Part shown: one piece after another, positions 38,465-51,600 of the stretch
Layout: each line of letters opens with the position of its first letter
Position numbering within the stretch: position 1 is the first letter of the stretch
IMG/VR virus record: IMGVR_UViG_3300047480_000598
Location: 32,001 to 96,000 of that record
From: a virus
Reading direction: 5' to 3' (one strand)
Length of the DNA stretch: 64,000 nt
The notes under the pieces: generated by a model
The model's input: only the letters and a program-made list of their open reading frames with translations
Database searches by the model: none
What the model was told of the DNA's origin: nothing
Translations under genes and position numbers: made by a program

Positions 38465-39280
38465 TTAAATACCGTGGGCTATTAACCAACCATAACTTGC
38501 ATTTCCTGACCAAACTAATGCAAATGCAGCACCATTTGTTGATACCGTCATAGTATCTAACTGCCTCATAATTCTATTTCCATTATTACCTATTGTTAAA
38601 TTTTGGCTTGAAAAAGTTCCGGCTAAGTCAATAATATGAATTACATCTCCGGTTGTTGGGGATCCTGGTAATGTAATTGTAAATCCTCCGCCACTAGTAT
38701 TCGCAAATATTCGATCACCTGCCGCTGCGGTTGTTCCACTACTTATAGTAGTCCACGGTTTACCATATTTTAATTCAGTAAACGTTTTAGTCATTAAATC
38801 GTAAGTATTAGACGGGGTAAATGCCGAGCTTGCAGTTACTGCTGACCCATTAAAAGTCGCCGTTCCACCGAATGTCGAATTTGCTGTTACACTAAGACCG
38901 GTTCCTGTTGCTTTTCCTGCAGTTAAAGTATCAGTAAAATTACCAGTACTACCTAATTGAGGTCCACCTTCGTTATTTGTAATAACATAGTTAGTCCCGT
39001 CTGATGTTAATGTATACGTAGCATATTGTGGAATAGTTTGCGATGTAGATGATGTAAATCCAGGACCGATAATATTTCCACTTGGTGTTGCGATAGTAAT
39101 AGTTCCTGTAGTATTATTATAGAAACTTTGTGCTAATCCAGTATATAAACCAGGGCTGGCTAAGTTTACCGTATACGGCGCCGTTCCTGAAAAAGTTGTA
39201 AGTAACCCTTGTGCAGGAGTCGAAAACGTTGTTCCTCCTGTAGTCGATGACGTTGAAGTTACGGTATTATAGCGTGCCAT
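38465..39280 (-). CDS. Thr/Gly-rich fibre-associated structural protein
   Basis: C-terminal NTSGGGFTITLPGSPTTGDVIHIID....NLTIGNNGNRI repeat similar to T4-like proximal fibre repeats. Confidence 0.65.
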   Translation of the reverse strand: MARYNTVTSTSSTTGGTTFSTPAQGLLTTFSGTAPYTVNLASPGLYTGLAQSFYNNTTGTITIATPSGNIIGPGFTSSTSQTIPQYATYTLTSDGTNYVITNNEGGPQLGSTGNFTDTLTAGKATGTGLSVTANSTFGGTATFNGSAVTASSAFTPSNTYDLMTKTFTELKYGKPWTTISSGTTAAAGDRIFANTSGGGFTITLPGSPTTGDVIHIIDLAGTFSSQNLTIGNNGNRIMRQLDTMTVSTNGAAFALVWSGNASYGWLIAHGI

Positions 39281-39295
39281 TAATTTAGTCTCCTA

Positions 39296-39622
39296 TTATA
39301 CTACTGATGTTTCAATACCGTATACTGTAACATTAACAGCAGAACCAGCACTTGCATATGCAACTACATATTTTCCTGAATCTAATACTAGTCCAGTTCT
39401 TTCAAATACTCCCTTTGCAACAATAACAGTATCGTATTCGATCCACTCTGCTGTACCCGGGGTTGAAGTAGTTGCAAGAGCCAATCGAACTGTTACAGCA
39501 CTGGTACTTGTATTAGTCATTGATACATTAAACACACTATAGTAGCCTGTTGGTACCACGTATACGTTAGTATTAGTCGTTGCTGCTAACTGTACCGGGG
39601 TATATAATCTTCCTGTTGCCAT
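39296..39622 (-). CDS. Small beta-rich virion structural protein
   Basis: 108 aa, alternating hydrophobic pattern, in fibre operon; similar in character to 59737..60093. Confidence 0.65.
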   Translation of the reverse strand: MATGRLYTPVQLAATTNTNVYVVPTGYYSVFNVSMTNTSTSAVTVRLALATTSTPGTAEWIEYDTVIVAKGVFERTGLVLDSGKYVVAYASAGSAVNVTVYGIETSVV

Positions 39623-39639
39623 TTATAATTTCTCCGTTA

Positions 39640-42600
39640 TTATCTTTGCATAAAGAATCCAAGTGCAACGGGAGACCCGTCAATGCCACCTGTAAAATTC
39701 ATTTTAGTTGTTACATTAATAGCTTCACCTGTTGTGGTGCTAATACTATTTCCTGCAATGTACACAATACCAGATGTAAGTGTATTTACATTCAATGAGC
39801 TCTGCCCGCCACCAATTTGTGAAGTAATGTATGATTTAATTGCTCTTTGTGTTGGTACAATACTGTCACTATCCGCAGTAAAGAACGGGTCTGTACTGAA
39901 TTGTGTAATAATTGCAGATCCTACACCAAGTTCAACTGATCCTAATTGTAAACTATTTAATCCGCTAAGGTTAAATGCACTAGCATTCAACGTTGCAGTA
40001 CCAGTTGCCTGTTGAACTCCGAACAAGTTACCGACATTAAAGTTACCGTCTTGGTCTGTACTTGTGAAGAATACACGACCTCCTGCCGAATAAACTGTTT
40101 GATTCGCTTGTATCGCTGTCGAAATATCAACATTTGGATAATTGGTTCTTTCTTTGCCACCGGTGCCAATATATAAGAAGTCGTGTCCAGTTAATCGTAC
40201 TTGAGAGTATTTAATACGAGCTGTTACTCGATCACCATGTACCGGAGCTTGTAATACCGAAAGCGCAGGGTTAATTTGGAAGGTTGCTGTTTTAGAACCT
40301 AAACTTCCTAATTCATTAGTAATAGTTACTAATTTAAAGTACACACCCGGTAGACTATCAAACTCAACATTTGCACCTGCTTCTGGAATATCATATAACC
40401 CTTCAACATTAATAAATGAACTTGGTTGATATAAATCTGCATATCCGTCACCATTCGGTTCTGCGGTTGCAGTTGTCATATCGGTACCTCGATTACTAAA
40501 GCTCGGATTTCCTAATGCACCGTCTCCCATTCTTACTCTAAATGCTGCGGATTTAACTTTATTCGGATCAGTTACTGTAAATATCGGACCAGCTCGATAT
40601 GTTCCTGATAAACCAGTTACAGTTGTTAAATTAACAGGAGTAGAGCTTCCTGCGGTTGCTGAAACTTTAAAACTAGTATCAGTTACAATAGTTGAACCGA
40701 TAACATAATATGTAATATTTTCTACTAGTCCTGCACTTGAACATCCTGTAAACTCAATTGGTTGACTATCAATTAAGTTAGTAGTATCTGATACTGTAAT
40801 GCTGTCAGTTGCTCCGCCAGTAGCTGCTGTAACTGTTCCTGTTGGATATCCTGATCCCGGTTCTATCATTCTAACTTCGGTTACAACACCGCTCGATACC
40901 TTAACACGGCCTAATGCTTGAGCCCCTGTCTTGATACTACATGCAACAGTTCCACTAGTATTACTAATTGCAACCCATACAGGAGTATCATTAGTGTTTC
41001 CGAACTGTGCGCTAATCCAGTTTGAACTACTTGACAAAGCTCGTACTGTCCAATTAATACCGTCGGGGCTTGTAGCTGCTACAGATCCACCGCTTGATAC
41101 AGCTAAGAACAGCCCTTGGCCATAAGATACCTTGTTCCATGTTTGGCTTGATGGTAACCCAGGAGTTGCTGCAACCCATGATGTTCCTTTATCTGTGCTT
41201 ATAGCAACATTTCTACCTCCACTTTCTATAGCAACAAATCTACCGTTACCATATGCTATACTAGACCATGTAGTTGAAGTTGGTAGATTTCCGCCTGCTG
41301 TCCAAGAGTTTCCATTTGAACTTACCGCAGTTACTAGATTACCTGTTGATATTGCAACAAATGTTCCGTTTCCGTATACAACCGCAGAATAAGTACCAGA
41401 ACCTAATGTCGGAATCGATCTTCCAGTCCAAGTGCTTCCGTTTGTACTCGATGCTGCACTATTTGTTCCGCCTACTGCAACATATACTCCGTTACCGTAT
41501 GTAAGACTAACGAAGTCGGATGCCGGTAACGCAGATCCTGCTGTCCATGCAGATCCTGCAAGAACTCCTGCGCTTGTTGTATAACAGTTATCAGAAGACC
41601 CGGTAGCAATAGCTACATATCGTGCGCCGGTATCTAATATTGTAACTGTTGGTGTTGTTGTATATCCTTTACCGGAATTTGTAATTGTTAAAGTTTTAAC
41701 ACCTGCATTTTCTAGTGTCGGTGTCAATATTGCAGTTGTTCCTATATACAATAGAACCGCAGTTCCATTTGATGCCGACCCGCTAGTGTGTATTGGTCCG
41801 GTTGTAGTAAATGTTCCCCCAGTAGTAACAGTATACCAATGTTTAACACCAGTATTTACATAGTAGATAGTTTGATTTAATGTTACAACACCGCCTGAGC
41901 TCCATGCAGAACCTGTAAATGGATCGCTAACAGTTACCGACGGTGTACTAAAGTAATTTCTACCCCAGTCAACCGAAGTTGCAATCGTTACTCTATCAGT
42001 CACTGCTGCTACTGTCGGAGCAGCGTTGTAACCAGATCCCGGAATAGTAACTGTAACACTCACAATTTCTCCGTTTAATACTGCGCATGTTGCAACAGCA
42101 CCGGTTCCTCCACTTACTGAGGTAAACACAATAACCGGTGGAGTTGTATATCCTGCTCCTCCGTTTATAACTGTAACACTTGCAACTTGATCGTCAGTAG
42201 CTGCGCCAGTTGTATTTGGTACTCCTAATACTGCTTGAAGTACTGCACCCTGGCCTCCTAAACCTCCAATAGTAACTGTAGCAACTGCACCTTCTCCGCC
42301 TCCGTATACTACATCAGTCCAGCTTGCACTTGCAGATAACGACCCTGCTGTAGCCCATGTTGTACCAGTTGTAGAATATGTTGTGCTTTGACCAGATCCT
42401 GCAATTGCTAGATACTTGCTGTCTCCGTATGTTATATCTTTCCATGCAGCAGTAGAACTTAATGTTCTTGCAGTAGCACGATATCCTGGTGCAGTATAGT
42501 TAATTGTCGGTTCGATAATGTATTGAGTTGTTAAATCGAGTGCATTTTCAATTGTTCTTCCTGGTATTACATGATCCCACCCTGCTGCTAATAATGTCAT

Positions 42601-45600
42601 AGAGCCTGTGCCTGTTGTTACATTAACTGCGGTTCCACCGGCTATAGTGCTTATAGTAAATTGTGTAGTTCCGTTTAATGCTTTAACATAATATAAAGTA
42701 TTTGCAGTAATATTACCAAAAGTAGTTCCGGTAAAATAAATTGGCATGTCAACATATAATGTTGCGTTTGATGCAACATTTACATAATCTCCTGTATCAG
42801 TGGTAGATGTAACTGTTATTGAAGTAAAACTATCTTTGTAAACTGTTGCAATTTTACTTCCGCCTGAATAAGTTAAAATATTAGCATATTGACCAGCACC
42901 TGTTCCTGCGGTTAATTGTACTCTCATACCGTTATATGAATTTGTAAGTGCAGTATCAGTTGCAGCAATTGTAATAGATGTAGTATCACCTGTTTGTGCA
43001 GCATTAGATTGTGTTGCATAGCTAGTACCTCCAACACCGTTATCATCATTTAAATCGATAATTCTAGTTTCAAATACTGCCCCGTCGCGGAATTCATCCC
43101 CGGTTGCTGCTGCATTGTACCCTGCACCGCTTAAAGTATAACTAACATTAGTGTATGTTGTACCAGCATTTCCAAATTCTACACGGTGAATTTCGGTTAC
43201 GCCGTCTGTAATTACTAAAGTAGCTTGTGCTTGATTGTAGCGATTATCAACCGTAGCATATAATGGAACTTCATGCACATCTACACCTTCAGCAATGACA
43301 CCATATGTACCATAAGAGCTGTTACCGTTTGTTGCACGAATGCGACCGCCTAATTCTGCTAAGTATCCTGAATATCCATAGTAGTTAAACACTGATACAA
43401 GTTCTGTTAACGAATCTTCACCAGTACACCATACTCCAATACCGTCACTAATGATTGTTGTAAAGTCATTTTTAACCATTGACTTATTACCATATCGATG
43501 CAATGCGGCATCAATCTTAGCACCTGAGCATCCTGCTCCAAACATTGTGCAGTTTTGTGAATAGTGCGAACGACTTGTAACCCATACTCGACTATCGAAC
43601 GGTCCAAATCCTGGATTAAGAGCAACATATGCTCCGGCAGTCGGACGACGAGTACCAAAATCATTAAGCTCGGTTAAATCTCCAGACAACCCAGACATTG
43701 TTAAGTTTCTTAATCCGGATGCATTACTAACCCAGAACATATCCGATGCTTCTGAGCCGCTTACTGCATTGTTATAGAGCAATGCAGCATGTGTGCCTTT
43801 ATGATTTCCCGGTAATTGCAAGTCGTCAACTAATGCTAGTACATATTCTCCCATATCTCTCTTACAAGATACTTCGTCAAAAGAATACACAATAACTGCC
43901 GCACCAGTGTCTGTAGTAACAGTTAGCGTACTAGTACCATTAATGGTATCAGTTAGTGTTAATGTAGTCGAAGACGGTGTTGTTTTTACATAATATTGTA
44001 TTCCAAAATCTAATCCACCTAAAATGTCTCCAATTGTTGCTGTAACTACACTAGTAGATGTTCCTGGATCAAACACCGAACCATTATAGCTTGCTGAAAC
44101 TGTAATTTGAGTTGTATTTTCTACAGTTTTAACATAATATACCGTTCCGGCTACTAAATTGCCTAATGTACCGTTTGTAAATGTGATCTTACTTCCTGTA
44201 ATAATACCTGTTGTTGATAATAATGTAATAAGATTACCAACCGAAGAAGAGCTAGTTGCCGAAGTTGAAATTACATTATTAGGGAATATAACCGGATCTC
44301 CAACTGTTAAGTTATGTGCAGAAGAAGTAGTTAGTACACTAGTTGTTGAGGATGTACTAATAACAATACCTGTAAATGTATTTTTAATCCATGCTGTAGC
44401 TTCATTTTCTAAGAATTGCTTATTTGCTCTTAAGACTTCAACAGCATAAGTGTTGCCTAAGTTATTGAGATAGGTCACTGATCCATTAACATCAGGAGTC
44501 TCACCAACTCCTTTATCAAGAATGTTAAGAACAATTGTCATATTCTCATTTACCGATGCAAGTGCATCACTATCGGAAACAACAATATCTTTTAATTCGT
44601 CTTTTAAGAATCTAAATGCATTAAGAGTTGCTCTTTTTTGATCATCTAGTACTTTACTTGCTTGTGCTTGATAATATGCCATTCCTGATTTAATCGAGCG
44701 GAAGTTTGACCCTAACATCATGTCATATGCAACAGCGTCAATAATATATCCTACATCTCTCTCACAAGTGGTTGAGTCATAGTTAAGATTTGGATAATTT
44801 ATTTCAATATATGATGTAACTGCGGTTTGAACTGTTGATTTTGCAGAAATTAATGCAGTTGCTTGTGTAACTAAGTTAGTCGCAACCCACGAAGTACTCG
44901 GTAGAGTTTCTGCCGGAGCACTTGCGATTCCGCTGTTAATTGTAGTTGTTATACCGTCAATTAAGCTACCTACTACTGTTGCACTTGTTGCATCTCCACT
45001 AGTTCCAATGATATAAGAAGTATTAGTTTGCAACGGAGTGTACGAACTTAAACCTCCGTTTGCAATATCTTGAACAATTGTTTTTAAATTGCCGTATGCT
45101 GCAAGCGTAGCTGTCTTATCGTTAGTATCAATTTGTAATGCATCAGTTAACTTTGAATAATACGAAATTCCTGCTTGACGAGTTGCAAAATTCCCTCCAT
45201 ATGTCATATCGTATCTAATTGAATCAACAATGTAACCAACATCCCTTGCGCAAGTTAAATGGTCGTATACTACAGCAGGATAGTTGTCGTTAATGTATTT
45301 CAATGTTTCAGCTTGAATAAACTTTTTATTTTCAAAAATAAGTTTAGCAGCAGCAAAGTTTTCTGCGTCTATTCCGGTAAAATCTGGCCATAAGAATCGA
45401 GGTACAGCACCTCCATCGATAGTTCCGATAATGTCGTCGATAACTGTCGAAGCTTTAGATATTGCTCCCCCGACTGCATAGCCTTTAAGTTTATATTTTA
45501 AGAACTTAACTAATCCTAAACTTGCATGTTTTTGATTAGATATAACAATTTCAGCCGAATCAATAGCTCTGTAATAGCTTCTACCAACTGTAATTGCTGC

Positions 45601-48600
45601 AACATTTGACTTAAACAGCATGTCGTACATAATTGCATCAACCATGTATCCAACATCTCGATAACATACATCTTCATCATAAGACATCGATTGGAAGAAT
45701 TTTTGTACATACCCTAATGCATCATTTTGAACTTCAGTCTTTCTTGCTTGCATTAACTCATATGCTAATGTAGAAGCATTATCAGTTGGTAATGTAGGAG
45801 AAATAGTAGACGGTGATGTGCCGTTTGTTATCCAATCAATTACATCTTGAACGCGATCTTGTGCGAAAGTTGCAGATCCAGCGTTACCACCGGTACCTGA
45901 AAGTACTTGAAGAGTTGAATTTCCTGCTTGAGGAGTTACTGCTAGTTTTTTTGCAATATCGTCAATGATTGATTTAAGATGTGTATAAGCAGCTAATGTA
46001 GCTGTTAATTCTGTCGAATTAATAGTTCTTACAATTCCAGACCAATAAGCACTTCCTGCAATTAAACTTTGCGTGTTTCCGCCATATGTTAAGTCATATC
46101 GAATTGCATCAAGAATGTATCCTACATCACGTTGGCATGATGCTTGTCCGGTAGCACCTAACGCTGTCCAGACTGAACTGTAATTATTTTCAATATACTT
46201 ACTTACGTCTGCTTTAATAAATGCATAGTTATTAGCAAGTTGTGTTCTTGCATTTTCGTAATTAACATCTAAATCTGCCGGGTCAGTGATGATCTCGTTC
46301 GGAGTAGAATTTAATCCATTATTAATAATATCATATATTGTATTTGTACTAACTTCTACCCAATCAGCGTTAACAATATTACCAACATACCCCGAAGTTT
46401 CATACGCTAGTTCTTTAACAAAAGATCCAACTACTCCGATAGTTCCTAATGTAGGTTGTAATTGTTGAGCAAGAACTACGCCAGTTGATGTTAACGCTCT
46501 GTGATAACTCATTGCATTCCAGCAACTTAAGAAGTTACTTCCGAACATCATGTCGTAACAGACTGCATCTACAATGAAGCCAATATCACGTTGGCATGTT
46601 ATTTCGTTGTATATTAATTCTGGATAAGTGGAATTTATCCAGTTAGTTACTGTAGTTTTAATTAAAGTTTTTTCTGCTTGAATTGCAGTATTTGCATTAG
46701 AAAAAGCTGCGTGAACCCATGTAATGTCCGGAGAGACCGTTGTTGGCTCAATACCTGTATCTATTGTATCATATAATTCTTGTATGCGATTCTGTGCAAA
46801 AGTTGCTGCTCCGGCAGATCCGGCAGATCCGGCAGTTATTTGAGTTTCTAAATTACCCGATGACTTGGTGATCGATAGTCCTTTAACTATGTCGTCGATA
46901 ATTGTTTTAACATATGCCCATACTGCAAGTGCCTGTGCTTCTTCTCCAGTTTCAACTAGTACTCCGTTGCTGTAATATGATCTTGCAGCAATCTGAGTTG
47001 CTAAATTTCCGCCATATGTTAAGTCATAATGTAATGCATCAACAATATATCCTACATCTCTTTCACATGTAGCTTGGTCATATACAAATCCGCTAAATGG
47101 AGCAATAGGTCCGGCAATTTGTACATTAATCCATGCAGTTATTTCCGCTTTTAGGAACGCTTTATTTAAAAGAACAAGTCTTGCTGCATCGTAATAACCT
47201 GCAGTAAATGCGTTACCAGTACCACCTGTCGGAACTGGTAAATTAAAGGTTGGAACGGCAGTTAACCCGTTTGCAATAATTGATGTCATTGCATTTAAGC
47301 TAGTAGTAATCGAATCTGTTCCACCACTTGCATCTAATACTGCTAACCCAATAGCGAACATTAAGCCGATAGTTTCTTCCTTTTGATCAGATATTACTAC
47401 GCCGGTTGATGTTAAGCCTCTGTAATAACTTAATGCACTCCATTGTGTTAAGAAGTTGCTGTCAAATACCATATCGTATGCAAGTGCTTCAACTATATAT
47501 CCAATGTCTCTTGAACATAAAGTTTGATCAAATTGCAGTAATGGATAATTCGTAGTAACCCAATTAATCCCAATGGTTTGAATTTGAGATTTTCGTGCAA
47601 GTATTGATGTTAATGCAGTAACTTTATTAGACAATACATTTGTTGTGTTAGGAAGGACAGGTATCGGGTTATTTCCTGTTTTAATAGTGTTGTACATATC
47701 AATAATTCTTGATTGTGCAAATGTTCCTGCACCCGAGCTTCCTGCAGTTCCTGAATCGTCTTGAGATAATGCATTGCCTGATGTTTTAGTAATTAACACA
47801 CCTTGAGCAATGTCACTAATAATATTTCTTAGTCGAAGTTGTGTTGCAAGTGCTGCTTTCTTTTCTGTTAGAGGTTCAACAAAATCTCCTTTTGAATAGT
47901 AAGCACGGGCTGCAATTTGTGTTGCTAAATTTCCGCCATAAGTTAAATCGTATTCTAATGCATCTACAATATATCCAACGTCTCTTGCACATGCAACTGT
48001 ATCATACGATAACCCGTTGTATGTTGCTGTAATATATGAGATAGTGCTTGCCTGTATCGAAGATTTAGCACTTTGAAGACTAGATAATGTAGATTGAACA
48101 GCAATTGATTCAGCCGATGCACTCGGATATGTAATCGCCGGGGCAGAACCGGTGTTAATAATTCCGGTAATAATTGTAACTAATGCATCAATAGAAGTGT
48201 CGGCAGTTCCGCTTGTATAAGTTTTCATTAAACCGCCAAGCTGATTGTATGCAGCAATTGTTGCAGCCTTTTCACCGGATGCAATTTCTAATACTCCAAA
48301 TGAATAGTATGCTAATCCTGCAACAATAGATTGATAATTTCCGCCATATTGTACATCATATGTAATTGCATCAATAATATATCCAGTATCTCTTGCGCAC
48401 TTTGCTTGTTGTTCTGTGCTTAATCCGGCCCACACTGCATCGTAAGGGGAAGTTGAGCTAAGATATGTTGTAACACCGGAAATTAAGGTAGCTCGATTAG
48501 TTTGTAATGCTAACGCATCGGCCACGGATGTAGCATCAGATGTACCATTATCAGGCCATACATACACAGGAACCGCAGTTAATCCGTTTTCTAAAATATT

Positions 48601-51600
48601 ATAAACGTTATCAAATGCTTGTTCTGCTTGTAATAATAATGAACTATGTACATAATCAGATGCTGCGGTTTTTACAAAATTAATAACATCTAAAGTTTGA
48701 AATAGTTGATTGCTTGTTACTGGGTCTGATTGAATGCGATAATATGCTTCACCTGCAACACTTGATGCAAAGTTTGATCCTGTTACCAGATCGTAACATA
48801 CTGCATCGATAATTAATCCAACATCTCTTGAACATGTTGCAGAGTCATAATTGCTATTATAATTAACGAAATTGTAATTAACATATGCAATTGCTTCTGC
48901 TTTTAAAAACTCTTTGTTTGCTACAATTAGTCGTCGTGCGTTGTAATAACCATCGTCGTATCCTATTGGATCTACGATAGTAACAGGAACAGTTGTAGAC
49001 CCGTCTTCTAAAATATCTTGTGCAGTGATAACATTTGCTCTTACTGACTCTGATGCTATACTTTCGTAATTATTAAACACATATTGTTGTTCTGCAGAGT
49101 TACCAATCGAAGCTTCTACTATATTGTTTGAAACTAAGTTAGGCACAAGTGCTTTAATTCTATTTAATGCAGATATTGTTTTTGGTTTGTCGTTAACAAG
49201 ATTAGTAATAGCTGAATTTGGTGATATATTTGTTGATCGTAATTCATCGCCTACAACTGCTACATGATTTGGTATTATAATCGGTAACACTTCAACAAAT
49301 GTACCAGTTTTAACACTAATAGTGGTATTACCATAAGAAGCAGGAGCTATAGCCGATGTATCTCCAGCTAAAATACCGTCAGTAATTATAGTTAAAAGTG
49401 CAATAGCAGTATCACTTGAACTTTCTTCGGCTACATATGAAGTTTCAATTACTTGAGATGCTATACCTGATGTTAAGCCATTCAATTCTTGATAATTTAT
49501 AATTGGAGGACAATTGTTAATAACATTCGCCACTAAGTTCTTCATATAGTTATATGCAGCAACCGTTTGAGTTATTTGTTGCCCAAAATTACTATTGATA
49601 TAAGAGCTACCTGATGTTGTATAATATGCTTTTGCTGCGTTTGTAACATATTCGTTACCGCCGTGACCTAAATCATAGATAACTGCATCTAATAATATAC
49701 CTACATCTCGTTGACAGAAATTGTAATCGTATGATAGAGAGCCGATCATACTTCCGGAATCGTCACTTAACCCAAATATTAATCCACCTTGTGTTGTGCT
49801 AATAGTAAAATGAGTACTATCGATAACGGTTTTTACAAAGTACTTTGTGTTTGCTGTAACACCGCCGAGTGTTCCGTTAAATTCAATAGGCATATTTGCT
49901 ACTAAATTACTAGTGTCATTAGCAGTAAATTCTCCAGTTGATGCTACTGATGCGCTTATCGAAACTGAATATGTGCTTGTAACCCAGTTGCTAACTTCTT
50001 TCATAATAAACTGTTTATTCATTCTTAGAAGTTCTATAGCATTTGTATTACGATAACCTCTTTCAATTTGAGTACATGCGTATCTTACGGTTCTCCAAGG
50101 TTTATCAATTGTTAATCCGCGGCCCGGATCTCTGTCGTCGACTCCAGTAGGTGCAACATATACTACATTGTTAATAATTCCATAATATTCCCATGAAGGG
50201 TATCCGTTATTAACACGTAGTAGCTGTCCATCTGTTCCAATTGGGAGTCTAGTCGGTCCATTATTCCCAAAGTAATAAGTATCCCCTTCGGTTGTTAGGA
50301 CTGCTGACTCACTACCGGCAGCAAGAAGATTCCAAAATTCTGCTGTTGTATCTTGATCTGGTCTGTTTGTCGATGTTGCTATATGTGCGATGATTGCTAC
50401 ATAACTGTTTGCTCCAAAGAAAACAATGTCTCCTTTGATATAGCTGTCACCGTTAGTCCATGTTACTGCATATCCGGTTGCCGATAATGTTGCAATGTAA
50501 CCCCCTACTAAAGATTCGACAGTTATTATTGCATCATTAATCGGACTTAATCCGCCGAGATCGCTTCCTGAAATTAAGATTGTATCACCAACTTCATAAT
50601 TTGTTCCGGTAGATGAATAGTCTACCGAATAAGATGTTCCGTTTCTAGTAATATCGAATGTCGCACCAGATCCGATACCTGTTAATGTAATACCACTAAT
50701 ATCTGTATACGTAACTGGAGAATTGATCCACTTAAATCCTGAATTTAATTGATGCCAATAAGATGTATTTGGAGGAGTTTGATTTAAATTATCAGTAATA
50801 GAAAGATATGTATATCCTCCAAGTCTTACTACATCTCCAACTTTGTATGTTGTAGAATTATTCCAATCACCGACAAAATTAAATCCTGTAGTGTATAACT
50901 GCCAATCAATAGTTGCAGTTGCACCAGTTGACGGGTTTGAATTAGAATTGTTAGTTTTAGCAATATACGAATATCCACCGTACGTAACAACATCACCGAT
51001 CTGGTAGACGGTTAATGAGTTCCATGAATCTTCAAACTCTAGTCCTTCAACAAATACACTCCATTTAGTGTCGTCAAATGTTGTATCAGAAGTATGATTT
51101 GTAGTGCAAATCCAAGATCCGGATCCGTATTTGACTATATCATTTTCTTTATATCTTACAGAGTCGGTCCATTCTCCGAGATAAACAATGCCATTGTTAA
51201 AATTAGTCCAATAATTTTGGTCATCTTCTAGACCTAATAAGGAAGTTGCAGCAGATGTATGGGCAGTATTACAGAAATAAGTGATTCCTCCGTATACAAC
51301 AAAGTCATTAACTCGATATCTAGTAGTAGTGGTCCAAGATCCGGTCCAGTAAAATGACGACGCTATTAAGTCCCATTTAGAATTTGTTTGAGTCGGTAGG
51401 TCTTGATCTGCTTCTAACCCTAACGTAGTGGTTGCTGCTGACGTGTGTGCTTCGTTTGCTACATATACATTTCCGCCGTACTTAACTTGGTCTCCAACAT
51501 TATAATATGTTGATGTTTCCCAGTCTCCTCTCCAACTTAACCCGTCACTTACTAAGTGCCATTTTGGTGGAATAAAGTCGCCATCTGTAACAAATAACGA

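Noticed and set aside
43800-50050. Concluding the host is a cyanobacterium from the phycobiliprotein-like repeats
   Set aside because: No photosynthesis auxiliary genes are in the window, and bilin-binding globins also exist in non-cyanobacteria; the host cannot be assigned from this sequence.
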